Of a stretch of DNA of 64,000 nt, positions 58,546-64,000 are shown piece by piece. Numbering within the stretch: position 1 is the first letter of the stretch; each line of letters opens with the position of its first letter. The notes under the pieces are model-generated. The model made no database searches and had not been told where the DNA came from. It was given only the letters and a program-made list of their open reading frames with translations. A program made the position numbers and the translations under genes. This stretch comes from Chlorokybus atmophyticus. Its lineage: Eukaryota > Plantae > Mesostigma and Chlorokybus algae. Location: assembly GCA_009103225.1 (NCBI GenBank), contig RHPI01000810.1:62001-126000 (forward strand), read 5' to 3'.

Positions 58546-61500
58546 TCAACGAGCCGATAGTTGCTCCGGTTGCACTGCGGCACAGGCAGCCAACAACTGG
58601 TCACAGTACTTTGATGTCCTGTGTTTGCTCTTGACGGCATTCACTGCACCAGCCACAAGAACAGGCTTTTTCTCTGCCGCCACAGTTACAGCCTGGCACA
58701 CTGCTTGTTGAATGTTGGGGTCGCGGTCGTCCATATGCACGAGAAAGCCGTTCAGCAGGTAGCGCGTGTTCGTGTCGTCATAGGCAGCAGGCATGCCTTG
58801 AAGGAAAGCGTACACACAAGCGGTTGCCAATAAGCGAATGGCGTCACTGCTATCGTCCATGCGTTTCAGCAGCTCGGGATAGATGGCGCGGCGCTGCTCG
58901 TCTGTGAGCACAGCCCCAGCAACAAGTAGTAATTGCTCCATGGCGTGACAGCTGGCACGCCGAGTGTCGGCGTAGAAGTCTTCTTCCATACAAGAAGTCA
59001 GCACAGGCAGAACCTGTTCCGACGCCAATGCCTGCTGCAGCTGATCGCGATCGCAAAGACGCCTCCTGAAATATGTGCCTAGTGCCACCATAGTTGCGTA
59101 GCGGACAGCTGCAGCACTCTTGCCGACCTTCCAAACCGCCGCAGGTGCAAGCAGCTCAAGCAAGACCTCAACCGCATGTGCACGAAGTGCACTTGCATGC
59201 GCATCAGACTCAAACAACCGATCAAGAAGGCGTAGCAGCCGTATCCTCAAAGCCGGGTCCTTGTCTGCATGCAAGCAGTCCCTGAAAACCATGAGTACTT
59301 TGTCCATGTGGTCTTGTAAACTGCTGCCAGTTTGCTGCAGAAGTGCCTCGAAGAGTAGCGCGCCAGGAGATTGACCGCTCCATTCACTGTGATCTGTGAT
59401 TGCTTCGTCAAGAAGTGCTGACATGTGCGTTGAACAAAGGGCTTCAGGGTTTGTATGGGTAGCTTGCGCTAGCTGAGTGATGGCTGAAGACGCGCCGGCT
59501 GCAAGCTGCGGATTTTCTGCTCCTGCAGACTGAAGTTGCAGCAACGCATGGAAAAGTAGACCAGCAACTGGCTGACAGCGGCCCTGGGCGAGTCTGATCA
59601 CATTGTTGATGACCAGCAGGAGCTGATTGCGCACAGCTGGGTGGTCACTACTCCGCAGGTCGCTGCTTGTACATGCCTCTGCCACCTGCAACAGCCACCC
59701 AAACCAATCACTATGAGCACTGCATTTAGTTGCTTGCATTAACATGCGCAAATTACCAGGAAGCAGTGCAACAACAGTTCAAAGCTCTCTTTAGGGTGCA
59801 TCATGTGCAGCCTATCAGATGAACATGCCAGAGTGGCGTACCTGTTCTAGGCAGGAGGTACTGAAGCGATCTGGCGGGCATGATTGCAATAATGCCGCCA
59901 ACATGACCAGGCTGTTAGCGCGCTGCGTCGTAGTGGACTTGCTGCCAGCCGCATCCAGCACCAGCGGCATCCAACTTTCCGCAGGTGTGAAATGACCAAT
60001 CACATGCATGCAGCTGACAACGCGCTGCGCGACAGCGACGTCATCGTCTGATATAGCTGAGCAAAGAGGAGGTATTAACACATCCAGCTTTGTTGTGGAG
60101 TGGCTCTCTGCGAACACCTGCACAGTCCCCATCAGGACTGGCGCAATGCTGTACGGCACAGGTGACAAACATAATCAAACCCACCAGCAGAGTGTACAGC
60201 AATCGCGCTGCTCCTAGTCTGCCCGCTGCAGTCCACAGTTTCAGCTCTTCCAAAGCGGGCTGCAAGAGTTCACTAAAAAAGGATGTAACCATCTGTGTGG
60301 TTTTCCGGTGGCCATGCCAATCCCCAAAGGGAGCAGGCAGGGAAGCGCTGTAGGCAACCCCATTGCGTTGTGCGGCATACTCCACCTGTGAACATGCTTC
60401 CTCATAACTAAACACGCTAACCACAGTACAAGACACGCATGCAAGGCAATGCATATGCGCTAGCAGGATTAACCATGAACTCTACCTTAGAGGTGGATGT
60501 TTGCATCTCATTCTGGGCCTGCACCCAAACATCTGCAATGGCTTCCGTTTGACAAAGTGTTTCAGACGCAATGCTGGAAGAATCATCCGTGATGCCTAAT
60601 AGAAGCAATGGTAACAGCGCTGGTACATGTGTATTTGCTGCTCCTCCAGGGTTACCACCACCGAGCCAGCGTGCCACTGCCTGAAAGAAGGCCTGCGCAG
60701 CAATGTCAATGAGTAACAAGTGCATGCGCTTAACTGTCTAAGTTGGTGCTAATCAGCTGAAGAACACACCTCCCTGACTGGCAGTGACCGGTCAAATGCT
60801 AAAGGTCGTATGCCAGGTGCCAGTATTTCCTTCATGAAACCAGCCGGTAGGCCACATGGCACAATCGCTGTCAACGCCTCAAGGATGGCCACTCTCACCT
60901 GCGCGCTTGCAATGGCATAATGAGATTCAGCTGGCACAAGCTTTACACAAATCCTTGACTGCTGTTTCCAACACAAAAATGAAGACTACTGATCAACAGG
61001 CTATTACTTGACATCGTTGCTTTAAAGCAGGCAGTGTGCATTGCCATAACTTTGAAGTCTTGCACCCACCTAATAACATACCCGATGATGCTGGTGAGAG
61101 ACGTTGGTCAGCAACGCCTTTACAAGTGCTGCAGAATGCGCCTCAACTGCAGACGCAGGCACAGTCGTGGCGATGCGCACAAGGCCATGACAAGAAGCCT
61201 TCTTGATTTCGTGATAGGTGTCGAGTAAAGACCTGCACATTATCTGCGAGAGAGAAAGAAGAGGATTCATTGAGAAAAGATGCAAGTGCGGGGAGCATAC
61301 AGATCATCAGCTGTGTCAGCTTACACTGGCCACATCATCCATGAAACCTTGCAAGGCACCCGCATCACGCTTCGGCAAGACATCTCCCACCAGTTGCATG
61401 AGCTGAAGCCTTATCTCCTCAGATGGCTCCAGCACAGGTGTTGAGCCTGCCCACTACCAAGTAAAATGCCATGCATGTGTGTGCATGCGGGTAACCAATC

Positions 61501-62504
61501 CCAAAGACAACATTCAAGGCACGAAAGTAACATCTGGCCTTCATGTCTAGTGAAATCTAGTGAAAATCAAGCATTGTGGCTAGCGTCCACAACAGGGTGC
61601 AAAACCAACCATATGCTTACCCATTCTCTGTCGGATGACAGGCATGACTGCTGGCAACAGCATTTCCACCTGCATGCAACCAATCAGCACACGCATACTC
61701 TAACTTTATACTAACTGTCTGTCATCGGGAGCTTTGACTGACACAAATGACTTACGGAAGGCATAAGACTCGCAACGTCAGTAACAAGTCCGATGGCAAG
61801 CTCGCGGCATTTTTCCACAGCGTCACTGAACAGCCGCACTGCTGAAGGCAGCACTGAAGAGCAGACGATGTCCTGCACGCGCAAAGTACGGATTGTCCAA
61901 CACGACAAGGAAGAGGTGCATGTAAGCTTCTTGCAGAGTGCAGCAATAAACCCCAAGCCAGCAAGTGCTAGGGACGGCTGCACATGTTCTTTCATACCTG
62001 CAGCAGCAAAGGGTCAATGTTGCTCTGCAGCAACTTCTTGCTCAACGCCTCCAGGGACCGCCGGCGCACATTGCGATCGGCATCGGAAAGTCCGTTGATG
62101 TCCCGTTGAATTGTCTGGTACAAAACGGAGAGACGAGATTCTTAACCACCAAGTGCACAGACAATTTGCTGGAAAGCTATCATCAATAAAAACAACGCGC
62201 GAAAGTGCATTACGCTGTATTCCTGAAGCTCTGTCCAATTGCACACATGTGGTGCACACAATATGGACTGAAGTAAGAGCTAAGCTGCTTGTTGAAAACC
62301 ACGCAGAACGGGTGAATGAAGGCGTCAGAGCAAAAATATAGCAACCATAGAATTATATGCTGGATTTACCACGCCATGCAATTCACAAACAGCGCGCAAG
62401 GTGACAAGTACAAGCTGCCGCTGACGAGTTAATAATGCAAACTCACGAGCATGCACCTGCAAGATCTCACTGCGGGCAGCACCGCCGCCCGACCCTTCCT
62501 CCAT
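58546..62504 (-). CDS. DNAAF5: Dynein axonemal assembly factor 5 (HEATR2), multi-exon HEAT-repeat protein
   Basis: Exon 1 62457-62504 (MEEGSGGGAARSEILQ), exon 2 61998-62114 (TIQRDINGLSDADRNVRRRSLEAL), RLFSDAVEKCRELA, long last exon with VWKVGKSAAAVR and IYPELLKRMDDSSDAIR; GT-AG introns. Internal exon borders not all resolved. Confidence 0.85.
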
Positions 62505-62845
62505 GATCACAGCAGCGCCAGCAGCATTGGCGCTTTGAGCTATAACTTTTACAGCTTCATCCCATGCCGGTTGCGCTGCGCTACAACGAACCCTGCAATG
62601 CAAGCGCCCTCAAAGTCAAGGACCATGCCGACAACCTCCACCGCCGCCGCGGTCCATTAACCAACAATAATTGCTGCAACAACACTGTTGCTTTTGCCTC
62701 ACCAGAAGCTTGTGCGAGACGCACAGTCTTGTGCGCTACCGCACAAGAAAAGGCCTAACCCTAGGCGAAAGTGGCGGCGAGGGTGGTGGCGATGGCGGCG
62801 GCGAGGATGGAGGCCTGAGGGGACGTGAAAGCTCTGTTTGTAGAT
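62505..62845. promoter_or_regulatory. Candidate bidirectional promoter between DNAAF5 and CBF5
   Basis: 341 bp between divergent ATGs; telo-box-like CCTAACCCTAG at 62754-62764; two TGTGCG..CGCACA inverted motifs at about 62709-62747. Confidence 0.45.
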
Positions 62846-64000
62846 ATGGGTTCGGAGAAGAAGGAAAAGAAGGAGAAGAAAGAAAAGAAGGCTGCGGTGG
62901 CTGGAGGAGGAGCTGGAGCAGCGGACGCCAACGGGGCCGCCACCGCGGTGGCTCAGCAGACCACAGACTTCCTCATCAAACCGGAGTCGACCACAGCGCC
63001 GCTTGACACATCCAAGTGGCCCCTTCTGCTGAAGGTGTGTTGTGCTGGAAATGCATATTTGCAAAGGTAAGTTTTGTGTTATCGTTATACCGGGCACATG
63101 ACTTAGTAAGTTGTTTGGACTGGGCTCAGCAGAGTCAGCTGGTTGGTCAATTGTATGCTACTCGCATTTTTAGCTTGCGAGGCAGGCATTCAGCTCAAAC
63201 ACTCATCAAAGATTCTGTAGACTATTATCGCTGTCATAGCAAAAAGTGCATGCTTGTACGTAGCGGTCATTGGATGGTGTGGCAGTATGTGCGACCTATA
63301 TGTAGCAGGAGTTTGCCGCTTATGAAGTTAACAGCCAGTTGTTGGCGGCGCGCAAGCTCTGCACATTTAGACCAATTTTCGCATTCAGAGTCCAACCTTG
63401 GTATGATCAGTTCTGTGATCTGTCGGGCGGGCTCTTGAAGAATGATGCATCTGACAGTACTCACTTAGTTTATGCACGGGCCCGAAGTTGCTGATAATGT
63501 GTCGCTATACTTCCTGATAGGACTCTGGTGATGCTTATTGAAAGGGTTTATGTAGTAGTGCGCTTGCTTGCTCAATGCAGCGCTGAATGCCTTCAGCTCG
63601 GCATCGAACAAGCATTATGCATGCATGGTTAGGTCAACTGTCATTGTGTTTGACAGAATTACGATAAGTTGAACGTCCGAACTGGCCATTACACGCCAAT
63701 CCCTACCGGGCACTCACCACTTCAGCGACCGTTATACGACTACGTCCGCTACGGAGTTATTAACCTTGATAAGCCCTCCAATCCCTCTAGCCACGAGGTG
63801 ATTGACTGTGGCGGTGTTGTGAGCGACGTTCTTGTGCTTGCATGAAAAGTGTGTGAGTGTCGCTTCTTGGTTTGCAGGTGGTGGCATGGATTCGTCGCAT
63901 GCTCAGGGTAGACAAAACCGGTCACAGCGGCACACTTGATCCGAAGGTCACAGGCTCGCTCATAGTCTGTGTAGACCGAGCAACACGCCTTGTTAAAGCG
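62846..64000 (+). CDS. CBF5: Dyskerin / H/ACA snoRNP pseudouridine synthase, 5' part (exons 62846-63034, 63657-63797, 63878->64000)
   Basis: [23 protein letters not shown] | [25 protein letters not shown]...[15 protein letters not shown] | [26 protein letters not shown] (catalytic HSGTLDP); phase-0 GT-AG introns. Confidence 0.97.

Noticed and set aside
63400-63600. Box C/D snoRNAs in CBF5 intron 1
   Set aside because: C boxes are imperfect and the ~9-nt rRNA complementarities are short or not positioned next to a D box.

Overview
Eukaryotic DNA (probably a green alga: spliceosomal introns, a flagellar-assembly gene; species not determinable). About 55 kb is a deeply nested transposon cluster, followed by two divergently transcribed host genes, DNAAF5 (-) and CBF5/dyskerin (+, runs off the window). 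The main result is two independent Ty3/Gypsy-type retrotransposons on the - strand (3670-39612, TSD GAAC; nested 8330-20943, TSD CGGC). Both encode gag-PR-[DNMT3-like cytosine methyltransferase]-RT-RNaseH-DDE integrase (the outer one ends in a PHD finger), and neither has a normal pair of LTRs. Both read 5'-B-[19-nt motif]-ORFs-G tract-A-(2 nt)-B-A-3' with TG...CA termini and an internal CA-NN-TG junction. This is the split-repeat topology of tyrosine-recombinase retroelements (PAT/TOC1/Ngaro) on a DDE-integrase element, and it is what would result from integrating a circular cDNA opened inside the reverse-transcription LTR (inference). Nested in or around them are three CACTA MITEs, a chromovirus with a self-inserted solo LTR, two solo LTRs of another family, a TRIM family with a tRNA-like Pol III promoter in its LTR (tandem array and inverted dimer), hAT, pogo and En/Spm transposase remnants, and a 104-bp LTR pair bracketing 51.8 kb. 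Coordinates were read by eye; gaps at 15499-16496 and 54690-54859 and single N at 469 and 9425 limit some conclusions.
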